Assembly (NCBI GenBank): GCA_000002435.2
Contig: CM018793.1
Strand: one strand, 5' to 3'
DNA from: Giardia intestinalis
Taxonomy: Eukaryota
Length of the DNA: 64,000 nucleotides
Below are positions 21,100 through 31,383 of this stretch, in pieces (the stretch's first letter is position 1; the number at the start of each line of letters is the position of its first letter). The position numbers were made by a program, and so were the translations under genes. The notes beneath the pieces are model-generated. The model did no database searches, was not told the origin of the DNA, and was given only the letters and a program-made list of their open reading frames with translations.

Positions 21100-22038
21100 A
21101 TGTTCGAAGAATTGAAGGAAGAGCGGGAAAAGTTCGCAGCGAAGATACAGTCTTTACAGAGGGCCAGACATGAAAGCTTAGTCCGCTCGTTCTATTCTCT
21201 CCAGCCTCAAAAGTCCCAATCCCTATCGCGACTTTATAGCCAGACAATTGAGCCGGTATTATGCAGTAAAAGCGGTGATGAGACAAGAGCAACCAACCAG
21301 GTCGATCTCCTTGCCGAGTCAATTACTGATCCAGAGAAGATATATGGTGAGAAGCTCGATAGCATTGCTAATATTACTAATGTATCACAGGATAAAGCGA
21401 GCAGCACAGTGCCTCCGGCGACCACAGCCGATAATTCATCAGAAACATATTGTTCCCCTACCACATACAATGTAATACGTAGCGGATACCAGCTGTGTGA
21501 CAGCGATAGCTCTTTCGGCAACTACAACACGATTGATGTTCTCAACCATTTAGCTGTTCACAGCCAGGCGACAAACGAAGAAAGAGACGAAGAAGTAAGT
21601 ATCCCGGCGGCTGTGCACACCCCAGTGACGCGGCACACAGAAACTGTAGCTCACCGTGTGAACGTGACCAAGAATGCCGTATCTGCGAACAAGATAGACT
21701 ATCGGCAGGCTGGGACACACACCCCTAGCAGAGATCCATCAACACAAAGTCACAAGCAAGCTAACAAGGGAACAATGACGCACAGCCTGTGTCTCAAGTC
21801 AGTCGCTATACAGGTCCATAGCCAGCCACCAAAGGCCTCCGACCACAGACAAGATGTTAAAAAGAAATTAACAGTTTCAGCCTTCGTGCACCCCATTAGA
21901 AAACAGCCCAAAATAGAGTACCACCCCGGTGCCATATCAAGCCTGGTGCATCCTGCGTATAGCTCTTCTGTGCTCCAATCATACACAGAAATATATAAAA
22001 GCCTCAGCAACACTAGCAAAGCGATACTGAGCAGCTAG
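21100..22038 (+). CDS. hypothetical protein, low-complexity (312 aa)
   Basis: ORF from an ATG directly behind the AT-rich initiator. Its stop overlaps the stop of the convergent gene inside a CTAG palindrome. Confidence 0.55.
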   Translation: MFEELKEEREKFAAKIQSLQRARHESLVRSFYSLQPQKSQSLSRLYSQTIEPVLCSKSGDETRATNQVDLLAESITDPEKIYGEKLDSIANITNVSQDKASSTVPPATTADNSSETYCSPTTYNVIRSGYQLCDSDSSFGNYNTIDVLNHLAVHSQATNEERDEEVSIPAAVHTPVTRHTETVAHRVNVTKNAVSANKIDYRQAGTHTPSRDPSTQSHKQANKGTMTHSLCLKSVAIQVHSQPPKASDHRQDVKKKLTVSAFVHPIRKQPKIEYHPGAISSLVHPAYSSSVLQSYTEIYKSLSNTSKAILSS

Positions 22039-24812
22039 TAGTCCATATTCGTCAGTACATCCTCCAGGGCATTGATGAGTTGCCGTGCACCAAGGCTTGC
22101 CAGGCCAAGTGGGGTTCTGTGAGTTTCCATGTATGATATCGCCTCATTCACCATCTTCTCTATCTGCTCACTAGATTGGCACAGCGTCGTTCCTAGCAAG
22201 GCGTGATGTTGTATTAACGGGTTTGTTAGCTTAGTCTCGCTATAGTTAACGACTGTCTGCCTGTGTACCTGCTGAGTCGTGGAGACGTCCAGAGAGCCGG
22301 GATTCAGAGACACCTCTTTGGCAGTTGAGTCTCTTGCACTGTACCCGACCCCTGGTGCAAAGATCAACGAGCTCAACGGCATAGCGCTTTCTGTGTTATA
22401 ATTGATAAGCCCCTCCTGCACCACAAACTTATAGATCTTATGGATTGTGTCAACTGGTACAGGAAGGATGTCATACAGTACAAAACATTTGAACGGACGC
22501 TTCTGCGTGGTTAGATAGTAATGTATTATCGTATTTCTAAACAGGATATAGTCTTGTTCTCGTAACTTCCCATTAGACAGCTCCGATGCGAAGTAGCCCT
22601 TTTCTAGCGGATACATGATAGTTACATCTTCGAACCACTTGTTCGGTGTCACCTGGAACAAGCTTGAATAGCTAGAATGAGTACGGGGGGCTGGGCTTTT
22701 AAAGTCAAGCATGCACTCTATCTCTCCATCCAGTACCTGTCTGGCCACAATAAGCCCTGACCCGGTGTGTCCATACGCCCTACCGTCATCGGCAACCCCC
22801 GTGAATTGCGGACCAAACAAGAGGGTGTCTAGGACAGGTGGGTACTTATATTTATGGCACTTAAACTCGTCCATTATCTGTGAAACAGGGACCAGATTTC
22901 CCTGTTCATCGGGTATCTTCAAATATTTGCGCAACTCTAGCTGATTATCACTACACCGAATTATGGATAACAGTATCTTTTCGGTATCACTGTCAAAATT
23001 ACTATTATAAATATAGCTAAATGCTGTCAATAGAAAGTGCTCTTTCAAGACCTCACACTTTCGTCCCAAGAAGCGCGGGTTGCTCAAAGTCATAGTGCAC
23101 TGAGCATCGTCTAGTGCTGCCTTTGTCTGATGATCTATTAACTGGCTCAGCACTGGCGAGTCCTCCTTAGCACCTGCCAAGAGAGCATGTGGCAGGTGTC
23201 CGTTCTGCCACTTAGATGGGTCTGAGGTTGGACTGAACAGAATATCGACAACATCCTTGGTCGAAAGGACACCGTGAAATGATAACATCCTATGTTCGTT
23301 TGGAGCATCTCTAAAAGATAATGTGCCAAAAGAGAGTGTGACATTTATTTTTTCATAGTTATATGTCTCTGCATCTCTCTCGTTTATGCCTGATTGACTG
23401 TCAGCTGGACTAAGGGTATATCCTATGTTTTTCTTTAAAAGATTCAAGGAGGACTCGTACTTCTCAGGATGGGCTCGCATGTTAGTGTAGAAGTAACTAA
23501 GATTGGGGCTCGTAAACTCAATATCTCGAAAAACAAATCTACATCCTCCACAGTGGCATTCGTAGTATTTGCAAGAATTATCTGAGGGCTGTGATAAGGG
23601 CGCAGCCGCCACATTCGCTGACTCCTCGAGGGCAGCTATGGGAACGTAGGTTATGTTTTGCTCGGTATAGTCTGATAGCTCACATAGCTCATTGTAGTTT
23701 AACGAATCCAAAAGCCACTGGAGCGACAGAAAGACAACTTCAAGACACACAGACCTGGGTGAAACAGATTCATGGGTGTCTGATTGTGCGGAGGCATCTG
23801 AAGAGAAGGTGTCCAGAGCATCTATAAAGTTCTGTGCATCAATGGAGTTGTCAAAAGAGAGTAGGGCGCGGGACCCTAGAAGGGGGACTACCTCACTTGC
23901 AGTAGGCTTTACCCCCTTGGCCTCTGCAACAAGCTGCTTCTGTTCCACTGTGTCGTACGAAGGAGGAGACCGTAACATGTGCACCAAGTACTGGTCTTCT
24001 ACAAATTCCAATATGCGGAAGGAGATTCGTGAAATGGCGAGATTGTCCTGCAATCGTCCTCGTCTAGGCTGAACAATTACTTTTCGCAGCTTATCGTCGC
24101 CACTCGGAAACCATGGAGCACACAACACAAGTGGGACAGCTGAGGTAAATACTTTGCCGAGCTGGTTGCAGGAACTAAGTGAGTCATCATCCTGCTTTTG
24201 TGTCGTATCCCGATCCTCATCGTGATAGTAAATTTCGTCAGCGTGAACTGAAAAGGAATGCTTGCCTACTACTGCTACTGAAGATGGCGCAAAATAGGAC
24301 GAGATTTTGAACTTGTTACACGCCTCCCCAAGCAATCTTTTTAACTCTACTGGCATGTGAGGATCAAAGATCAAGATATATTGCTTGCCAATCCTCTCTT
24401 CATTAATAGCTGCATAACACTTCGCATAGAGCGATAGGAACTCGTCAGTTGCCATGGAGGAGATGTGCTGGTAAACAGCGTCATACCTGAGCATGATCGA
24501 TGCCTCCGATGAATGAGAGATAATCATCCGCAGAATAAGGTGAAGCGTCTTATTGCGTGTTTTAGTATTGCTTAGGAGATAATGGGGGATCTTTGTTTGA
24601 GGCTGCACCCCTGCCTTCAACCCAAGAAGGGTGTCTGCACGCTCAAAAAAACACGAAAAGATACCTGAGAGCTTGTTGGAACAGTAAGCGTCCGTAAGTT
24701 TCCGACCGTCTTCAAAGAATGAGTGCGGAAGTTGCTGAATAAATGAATGAATATATGGCTGTAATAGCGTCTCCAGATAATCTTGAGACCAAGTGGCCTT
24801 GAGAAAAACCAT
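22035..24812 (-). CDS. large hypothetical protein (925 aa)
   Basis: Long ORF with a genuine ATG behind AT-rich tggcttactgaaattaaaataaattatc. No recognisable catalytic motif. Confidence 0.65.
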   Translation of the reverse strand: MVFLKATWSQDYLETLLQPYIHSFIQQLPHSFFEDGRKLTDAYCSNKLSGIFSCFFERADTLLGLKAGVQPQTKIPHYLLSNTKTRNKTLHLILRMIISHSSEASIMLRYDAVYQHISSMATDEFLSLYAKCYAAINEERIGKQYILIFDPHMPVELKRLLGEACNKFKISSYFAPSSVAVVGKHSFSVHADEIYYHDEDRDTTQKQDDDSLSSCNQLGKVFTSAVPLVLCAPWFPSGDDKLRKVIVQPRRGRLQDNLAISRISFRILEFVEDQYLVHMLRSPPSYDTVEQKQLVAEAKGVKPTASEVVPLLGSRALLSFDNSIDAQNFIDALDTFSSDASAQSDTHESVSPRSVCLEVVFLSLQWLLDSLNYNELCELSDYTEQNITYVPIAALEESANVAAAPLSQPSDNSCKYYECHCGGCRFVFRDIEFTSPNLSYFYTNMRAHPEKYESSLNLLKKNIGYTLSPADSQSGINERDAETYNYEKINVTLSFGTLSFRDAPNEHRMLSFHGVLSTKDVVDILFSPTSDPSKWQNGHLPHALLAGAKEDSPVLSQLIDHQTKAALDDAQCTMTLSNPRFLGRKCEVLKEHFLLTAFSYIYNSNFDSDTEKILLSIIRCSDNQLELRKYLKIPDEQGNLVPVSQIMDEFKCHKYKYPPVLDTLLFGPQFTGVADDGRAYGHTGSGLIVARQVLDGEIECMLDFKSPAPRTHSSYSSLFQVTPNKWFEDVTIMYPLEKGYFASELSNGKLREQDYILFRNTIIHYYLTTQKRPFKCFVLYDILPVPVDTIHKIYKFVVQEGLINYNTESAMPLSSLIFAPGVGYSARDSTAKEVSLNPGSLDVSTTQQVHRQTVVNYSETKLTNPLIQHHALLGTTLCQSSEQIEKMVNEAISYMETHRTPLGLASLGARQLINALEDVLTNMDY

Positions 24813-25051
24813 GATAATTTATTTTAATTTCAGTAAGCCAACGGTGATTGCTACATGCCCCTCTGTTGCACAAATGCAGGCCGAAACAGTGTTCCTCGGG
24901 CAATGGACACGAAGAGCCCTTTTAATTTTAAAGTAATCTTCTGTGAGCACTCTGAATCATAGTCAAAGTGTGCTGGCATACAGATCCTACGAGATAAAGT
25001 GTGTTGAGAACCAATATTATTGATATTAGATTACTTAACTTAAAAAGCCGA

Positions 25052-25411
25052 ATGGAGGCCTTTGTTGATGTTCGAATGCTCGGTTTGTGGGCGTCGTCTA
25101 AGGCGGCTACATGTACTAACGAGATCTCAGAGTGCCAGGATGTCATGCACTTCCTGCTGGCAGCAGAGGAGCTACTGCTATCAGGAAAGAGTGAGCGGAA
25201 GGTTCTCGTGCACTTAGGTTGCGACGTCTACGAGCCTGGTCTTTGCGACTTAAATGGGTGGATAAAGATCCACCTCGGCGCAGGGATTGTGGTTGAGATG
25301 ACCTATGCAGAGGCCAAGAAGTATTTGACACGGCGGATTCGTGATCTTACCGATGAGATAGACGAACTTCATAAGACCATGGCTGATTGCGCAGCTTTAT
25401 GTTCTAATTGA
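25052..25411 (+). CDS. prefoldin-like subunit
   Basis: KVLVHLGCDVYEPG...GWIKIHLGAGIVVEMTYAEAKKYLTRRIRDLTDEIDELHKTM fits a prefoldin beta-hairpin plus C-terminal coiled coil. The track start is a GTG. The first ATG at 25052 follows ttaacttaaaaagccga. Confidence 0.55.
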   Translation: MEAFVDVRMLGLWASSKAATCTNEISECQDVMHFLLAAEELLLSGKSERKVLVHLGCDVYEPGLCDLNGWIKIHLGAGIVVEMTYAEAKKYLTRRIRDLTDEIDELHKTMADCAALCSN

Positions 25412-26017
25412 GACCTATCCTGTCTTATTCACTGTCTACACCTCAAGATAGCCACTTATCATTCTAGCAGCTAGAGTTCTCAACTCTCCAGTGTTATGTC
25501 CTTGTTGGATCGCCCATAACTATCTGGTGCGTTGTACCGTAGTTTTCGATGCACGTATGCAATGCAGTATCCGATTGTATCTCTATTCGGCAAACGTGAG
25601 ATGTACTTGGATTTACCCTTGAGGCAGAGTATTCATCTTATTAGACGCAACAGTGCTGCCGACCAAGCCACTGCTAGGCAGAGCACACGGCCTGTATCTG
25701 CTCATCTCGTGCTCTAGCCAGCCACCCTGCGTGAGCATCTGGAGACATGCCTGGACATATGTGTGGTATTCTGCGGTGTGTACGGTCCCGTGTCCACGCA
25801 GTAGGCCAGCCAGAGAGCGTGTGCAGGCACGCCATGTGGCACCACGTCCTTTGTGGAGCGCTGGAGGAATACACAGGTGAGGGTCTACCATCAAGATGCG
25901 GACACGTTGCTTCCTGACATGGAAGGTCAATGAGGCTATCCAGATGGCCCAGCTATGGTAGAAGGCTAGCAGATGTGATCGTATTGGCCATCAGCACTGT
26001 CACTAACACCAACATGC

Positions 26018-27610
26018 ATGACTAATGGACCTAGCAGGGCCGCAATGTTGCTACTAGTTCTCTGCTTTTTGATGAGCGCCCTCGCCGCGCAACGCACTAA
26101 ACAACCCACATCCGACTGCGGAGTCGCAAACTGCGCCCAGTGCAACGCGGACGGCAGGACGTGTGATCAGTGCAGCGAGGGGTACAACCTCAACCAGGAG
26201 AAGACCCAGTGCACCAAGGCGTGCGCGGTCGCAAACTGCGCCCAGTGCAACGCGGACGGCAGGACGTGTGATCAGTGCAGCGAGGGGTACAACCTCAACC
26301 AGGAGAAGACCCAGTGCACCAAGGCGTGCGCGGTCGCAAACTGCGCCCAGTGCAACGCGGACGGCAGGACGTGTGATCAGTGCAGCGAGGGGTACAACCT
26401 CAACCAGGAGAAGACCCAGTGCACCAAGGCGTGCGCGGTCGCAAACTGCGCCCAGTGCAACGCGGACGGCAGGACGTGTGATCAGTGCAGCGAGGGGTAC
26501 AACCTCAACCAGGAGAAGACCCAGTGCACCAAGGCGTGCGCGGTCGCAAACTGCGCCCAGTGCAACGCGGACGGCAGGACGTGTGATCAGTGCAGCGAGG
26601 GGTACAACCTCAACCAGGAGAAGACCCAGTGCACCAAGAACCCAGAAGCGCGATGCAATACTCCCAACTGTAAGACCTGTGACAGCCCCAAAACAGACAG
26701 TGAAATCTGCACTGAATGTAATAATGGCAACTACCTCACCCCGACAAAGCAGTGCACGCAGAGCTGCGGAACAATAGGAAGCTACTACAACGGAGACAAA
26801 GTGTGCGAGCCCTGTGATCCTAGCTGTGCTGCGTGCATCACAAAGGGACCAGCGAAGTGCACGCTGTGTCCTCCCGGGAAGAGGCTCCAGTACACAGATG
26901 AAGGAGCCACTCAGAACGGCGGATCCTGCGTAGATGAGTGCAAGCCTGAAGGAGGAGCTAGCGGATGCGAGACCTGCGGAGCCACCATCGGAGGGACAAA
27001 GTATTGCTCGAAGTGCAGCACATCCACGGAGGTCCCCGTCAACGGGGTCTGTACAGCAGACAATGCCCGCGCAGCTGCGTGCAAGGTGAAAGATGGCAAG
27101 GGAGGGTGCACTACGTGTGAGAGTGGATACTTCCTCCAAGACGGCGGTTGCTACAAACTCGGTAGACAGCCCGGTGAGCAGATATGCACAGCAGCCAGTA
27201 GCGCTGGTAAGTGCGAGACGTGCGCCAATAGTCTTCAGCCCAATAATGGAGCATGCCCCTCGTGTCACTCGACCTGTAAGACATGTCGTGATGCTAATTC
27301 TGCAAATGCTTGTACAACGTGTGCAGCTGGGTACTATATGGTCGGATCAGCAGCTGGACCATGCACTTCGTGTGACAGCAACAGTGGAAGTGTCAAGGGA
27401 GTTGCTGGCTGCATGAGCTGCGCTCCTCCATCGTCTAGTACTGGCTCCGTCCTTTGCTACCTCATGAACGGTGACAGTGCCGGCGGAAGCACGAACAAGA
27501 GCGGCCTTAGCACAGGCGCCATCGCAGGCATTTCTGTCGCAGTCATCGTTGTCGTGGGGGGTCTTGTCGGCTTCCTCTGCTGGTGGTTCCTCTGCAGGGG
27601 CAAGGCGTAG
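26018..27610 (+). CDS. variant-specific surface protein (VSP) with five 35-aa tandem modules
   Basis: Signal peptide, many CxxC motifs, a GGCY motif, a C-terminal TM, and the invariant tail FLCWWFLCRGKA-stop. The vsp extended poly(A) signal follows. Confidence 0.95.
   Translation: MTNGPSRAAMLLLVLCFLMSALAAQRTKQPTSDCGVANCAQCNADGRTCDQCSEGYNLNQEKTQCTKACAVANCAQCNADGRTCDQCSEGYNLNQEKTQCTKACAVANCAQCNADGRTCDQCSEGYNLNQEKTQCTKACAVANCAQCNADGRTCDQCSEGYNLNQEKTQCTKACAVANCAQCNADGRTCDQCSEGYNLNQEKTQCTKNPEARCNTPNCKTCDSPKTDSEICTECNNGNYLTPTKQCTQSCGTIGSYYNGDKVCEPCDPSCAACITKGPAKCTLCPPGKRLQYTDEGATQNGGSCVDECKPEGGASGCETCGATIGGTKYCSKCSTSTEVPVNGVCTADNARAAACKVKDGKGGCTTCESGYFLQDGGCYKLGRQPGEQICTAASSAGKCETCANSLQPNNGACPSCHSTCKTCRDANSANACTTCAAGYYMVGSAAGPCTSCDSNSGSVKGVAGCMSCAPPSSSTGSVLCYLMNGDSAGGSTNKSGLSTGAIAGISVAVIVVVGGLVGFLCWWFLCRGKA
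26126..26638 (+). repeat. 105-bp perfect tandem repeat, about 4.9 copies, inside the VSP coding region
   Basis: Units start at 26126, 26231, 26336, 26441 and 26546 and are identical base for base (gcaaactgcgcccagtgcaacgcggacggcaggacgtgtgatcagtgcagcgaggggtacaacctcaaccaggagaagacccagtgcaccaaggcgtgcgcggtc). Confidence 0.95.
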
Positions 27611-27616
27611 ATGTGT

Positions 27617-27631
27617 ACTTAGGTAGTAAAC
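27617..27631 (+). promoter_or_regulatory. vsp extended polyadenylation signal ACTTAGGTAGTAAAC (contains AGTAAAC)
   Basis: Lies 6 nt after the VSP1 stop. The same 15-mer follows VSP2 and its inverted copy. Giardia poly(A) signal consensus is AGTRAAY. Confidence 0.8.
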
Positions 27632-28664
27632 GCGTCATTGTGTGTGGCTTATATAAATGTGCTGCTGGGGCTATCTGAGCGTGGCCCAGAGGTCGTGCGG
27701 GTGAGCCCGCTCCTTCCTGGCCAGTCCAGGAACGATGGCTGGTTTTGGATGATATAATAGGGATCTCCCTTCACTTGTATACCAGGAGTCTTTTGCGTCC
27801 CTCAGTTGTTCCGCAGAGGTGTGCTCAGTTCGAGTGTGCGCGTCGCTCAGCCCAGGATTCAACTTACTTGTCCATCTGCATTGTCCACCATTGGTGCCAC
27901 TTCTTGGTCTACCGCTCTGATGCCGGAGGGTCCCAGTAGTTGATGACCCTGGACTGACGCCTCGACAGACCGAAGCATCAGCCCAAGTGTGCTGTGCAGT
28001 GCAGATGGACCAGCCCACACGTCACTGAGCCAGACGCACTGCACAGGGTGAGCGTCGACACGGTCTCGTACTGGATGACGGACCACCTGCAAGAGCGCAC
28101 TGCGATCCATGAGCAGAGGACCATACTTCTCCCCCGATACCAACGCATAGGAGCTGTCCGCCGGCATCCACGAACGCGTACTATGACTCCAAGATAGAGG
28201 CGCACGGGGAGCATACCCTCCGATCATACTCGGAACCGATGATCGCTTCATGGGGAGACAAAGAGGTGCCCCGAGGAACGGGATAGGCACCCGAGGTCGT
28301 GGCGTGCGATCTTCGTCACGGAGCACCAGGGCCACGTGGAGGCCAGGCTGCTGTGACCGACGGTAGCCCCGAGACAACAGGTGCTCACTAGATATCAGAC
28401 GATGGTTGACCCCGACGGGCCAGAGGATGGGAGGAATCTAGAGGCACCGCGAGGAGCGGCAGGTCCCGGGGGAGACAGGATATAGGAGTTCTCCCGCCGG
28501 GATCGAGGGCATCCGACTCTCGGATTTCTGATCTCAGCTATTGTATGAGCGAGAGGCTTGCCCAGGGCGGCAATGGCTCGCATGAAAAGACCACTCCGGT
28601 AGCAGGCGACAACCCCGCCTCATTAAAATTTACTCTTCCCTAACCTCGTCTCTCTAGATATCTG

Positions 28665-29219
28665 ATGGTAGGCCCATTTGACAGTCTTGCAGATGCATTA
28701 ATACGACAGATGAACCTCCAGTTGGAGGACATGCGGCACAATGGAGAATACTCTCTCCTTCTAAGGATCATTCGGGGCCAGACCTCATTAACAGACAGAG
28801 TTGCCAAGAACCAAGAAGCACTATCTGTTGCCCGGAAGAAAGCAGGGGCAATTTTGACTGTATCACGACCTAAGCCACAAACTGACCCTGGATTTATTCA
28901 GAGAACGCAAAAAGCCCTTGAAGAAACACAGGACGCTATCCAGGAGACTCAGCGAAATATAGAGCGTCTCGAAGCCCAGCTAAAAGATGTTACTGCCAAG
29001 ACTGCAAACAAGGATGAATTACGACGTGCTGCATTGACTCTAGCAGACAGAGAAAATGCGGGTAGGGAGGAGCTCGTTGAACTTTATCACAGCATATCGG
29101 GAGTACACTGGGATCAGCCCGACTTGGGATATGTGCTTAGCGAGGAGATTGCAAAACCCATCCGTTTCAGCTCCTGTGTCGATGCCACCAACCAGCTCTG
29201 GGAAATGATTAACATGTAG
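28665..29219 (+). CDS. small coiled-coil hypothetical protein (184 aa)
   Basis: ORF from an ATG. The central segment is predicted helical/coiled (QRTQKALEETQDAIQETQRNIERLEAQLKDVTAKTANKDELRRAAL). Confidence 0.5.
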   Translation: MVGPFDSLADALIRQMNLQLEDMRHNGEYSLLLRIIRGQTSLTDRVAKNQEALSVARKKAGAILTVSRPKPQTDPGFIQRTQKALEETQDAIQETQRNIERLEAQLKDVTAKTANKDELRRAALTLADRENAGREELVELYHSISGVHWDQPDLGYVLSEEIAKPIRFSSCVDATNQLWEMINM

Positions 29220-29250
29220 TGACTACATTCACTTCTTACTATGGCTCCGG

Positions 29251-31101
29251 TCATCTTGCCTTTTTCCATCTACTATCTTTGGTAGGAATGCGTACGGGTT
29301 CTGCTAGTTTCCCTTTGCCACGCCCCTTTCCGATTCCTCTGCGAGGCATCATGGGCTTTCTCACTGGGCCCAGCCCTTGTTTCATTGCCCTTGCTGCCCG
29401 TGCATCCGCTCTTCGCATCCGCTCTGTCTTGTGTGACCCGATTGCAAAACTTCCCTGGTAAGTAGAGCGTATTCCCTCTGCATTGGGAAGTAAATAAGAG
29501 GGGACGAATTTCAGGTGCATTGTCATCTGACGTTGTCTTTCTATGAGGGGGTTCGTTTTGATCCGTTTAATCAGGGCCATATCTTTGCTCTGCTGGCTGA
29601 AGTACTTTCGTAAGGAATCTGAAGCCAAAATCTCTGCCTTTATCTCAGAAAGCCGATATTCCTTAATGGCGGAGGGTGTTAGTCCATGCAGCACATCCAC
29701 AACACGGTAGCGGAAGCTCTCCAGGGCTTGGATATTGAACTGAAATGGTGCGAGGAGCTCTTTTCCAAACTCTTCGCGCTGCGCCCGCAATACGTCAAGG
29801 ACGACATCACGATTATCCTTACTATCTTCATGGATAATAGTTATAGCGTGCCCGCAAGGATTGGCGCCACGCGCTGTGCGGCCTATTCTATGGATATAGT
29901 TTATGCTAGACACTGGGCAGTCGAAGTTTAGCACTACATCGACTCTCGTGAAGTCCAGCCCTCTGAAAATTCCGGCCTCCTTTGAGGCTGATGGCGCTGA
30001 TGCTTGCTTCTCTGCTGGGGTGCTAGGGTCATGCTCGGCAGCTTTTGTTGCCATGCTCGAACTATCTGCCTCTTGCACACCTTCAGTTTCCTTATTATCA
30101 GAAGCTTTAGTACCATCTTTGGTATCACTTTTGGTATCATCCTTGGCACTATCCCTGATACTGTCATCAACCGCAATAAGAACATACTCTGCTCCAAGGT
30201 TGTAGCCTTCAATGACTGCTTGCCGAGTCGAGACAGGAAGCTCTGGATTATAAAGAAATGCCTTCTGGCCGAATCGGTACAAGAACAATTTAAGCTTGTA
30301 CGCTGTAGTGACAGAGTTGACAAAGATCACAATGTATCCGCGAAGAATTTGCAGCTTGACAAGGGCATATATTAGCATGTATTTTTTCTCTGTTGTGTCT
30401 AGAGATATTAGATGTTGGACTGGCTGTGTAAGGAGCTTTTGCTCCGTCTCCTCTAGCTTGATAAGCTTTGGCGATCGTAAATGTAGATTGACTATGTTCT
30501 CCAGTTTTTGGTCAAGGGTTGCTGAAAGAAAGAACTTCTGAGCTGACGCGGGCAAATATTCGAGGAGAGCCTCTAGATCGGGACCGTAGTCCATGTCAAA
30601 GATCAAGTCTGCCTCATCGCATACAAACTGGACGATGTTCTTGAGAGAGATCTTGCTGTCTTTGATAAGGTTCATAACCAAAGATGGAGTGGAGATGAGG
30701 ATCTCTGGCATAGACCGCAGAGTAATTGCTTCTGCAGAAGAATTTTCTCCAAGATAAATCGCTGCGCAGGTGACAGTAAATGCGTTGCTTGAAAACTCCT
30801 TTATTATGGCAAGTAGGACCTCCTCGAGCTGGCGACAGAGCTCACGTGTGGGGACCACTATGAGGGCCGTTATGGCGGCCATTGGCTTAACACTCCTAGA
30901 GCGCCCCTGAAGAATGCGATGAAGAATGGCGGTGAGATATATGACAGTCTTCCCGCTACCCGTAAAACTCTGGCAGAGGATATCATTGTGTGCTAAGGCC
31001 TCGGGTATTGCAAGTTTTTGTATAGGTAGTGCCTCATATAAGCCAAGGTTTCGCAGTGCATCGCAGAGTCTAGGATCAATACCGAAGCTCTCCCAATCCA
31101 T
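29251..31101 (-). CDS. DEAD-box ATP-dependent RNA helicase (DDX56/Dbp9-like N-terminus)
   Basis: Q motif LPIQ; motif I SFTGSGKT; Ia PTRELC; II DEAD; III SAT; VI HRIGRTARG. Lys/Glu/Asp-rich insertion and a C-terminal GKGRGKGK tail. ATG directly after the AT-rich atttaaaaa-ATG (minus strand). Confidence 0.9.
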   Translation of the reverse strand: MDWESFGIDPRLCDALRNLGLYEALPIQKLAIPEALAHNDILCQSFTGSGKTVIYLTAILHRILQGRSRSVKPMAAITALIVVPTRELCRQLEEVLLAIIKEFSSNAFTVTCAAIYLGENSSAEAITLRSMPEILISTPSLVMNLIKDSKISLKNIVQFVCDEADLIFDMDYGPDLEALLEYLPASAQKFFLSATLDQKLENIVNLHLRSPKLIKLEETEQKLLTQPVQHLISLDTTEKKYMLIYALVKLQILRGYIVIFVNSVTTAYKLKLFLYRFGQKAFLYNPELPVSTRQAVIEGYNLGAEYVLIAVDDSIRDSAKDDTKSDTKDGTKASDNKETEGVQEADSSSMATKAAEHDPSTPAEKQASAPSASKEAGIFRGLDFTRVDVVLNFDCPVSSINYIHRIGRTARGANPCGHAITIIHEDSKDNRDVVLDVLRAQREEFGKELLAPFQFNIQALESFRYRVVDVLHGLTPSAIKEYRLSEIKAEILASDSLRKYFSQQSKDMALIKRIKTNPLIERQRQMTMHLKFVPSYLLPNAEGIRSTYQGSFAIGSHKTERMRRADARAARAMKQGLGPVRKPMMPRRGIGKGRGKGKLAEPVRIPTKDSRWKKAR

Positions 31102-31383
31102 TTTTTAAATTTCAATTATTACAAACTCATACTCATTAGAAAGCTTCTGAATGTAGGAGTCTGCGCTTTCTCCGGCCAATATATTTATGTTCCGCCAGTC
31201 TAAAAAGCAGCTCGCATGCAGTTTCTGATGGATAGGATGTGGCTTTCTGTGATCGGGGCCACAGAATCGAAACGACAATCAAGAGTGTCATACAGTATTA
31301 CCATTCGCTCATCATTATGTTGGATTAATTGGCCTGTAGAGAAGCATTATCACGAATGAATCACCTTGCTTCATCATTTGGAA

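Noticed and set aside
26054-27268. 404-aa antisense ORF and 204-aa +2-frame ORF (26163..26777) overlapping VSP1
   Set aside because: Both are generated by the GC-rich perfect tandem repeats. Their translation is a periodic Arg/Ala/Leu-rich string with no start context. The sense VSP frame carries the invariant CRGKA tail.
27859-28377. 172-aa minus-strand ORF downstream of VSP1
   Set aside because: GC-rich composition artefact in the vsp 3' tract. Arg/Pro/Ser-rich, no domain, no AT-rich initiator.
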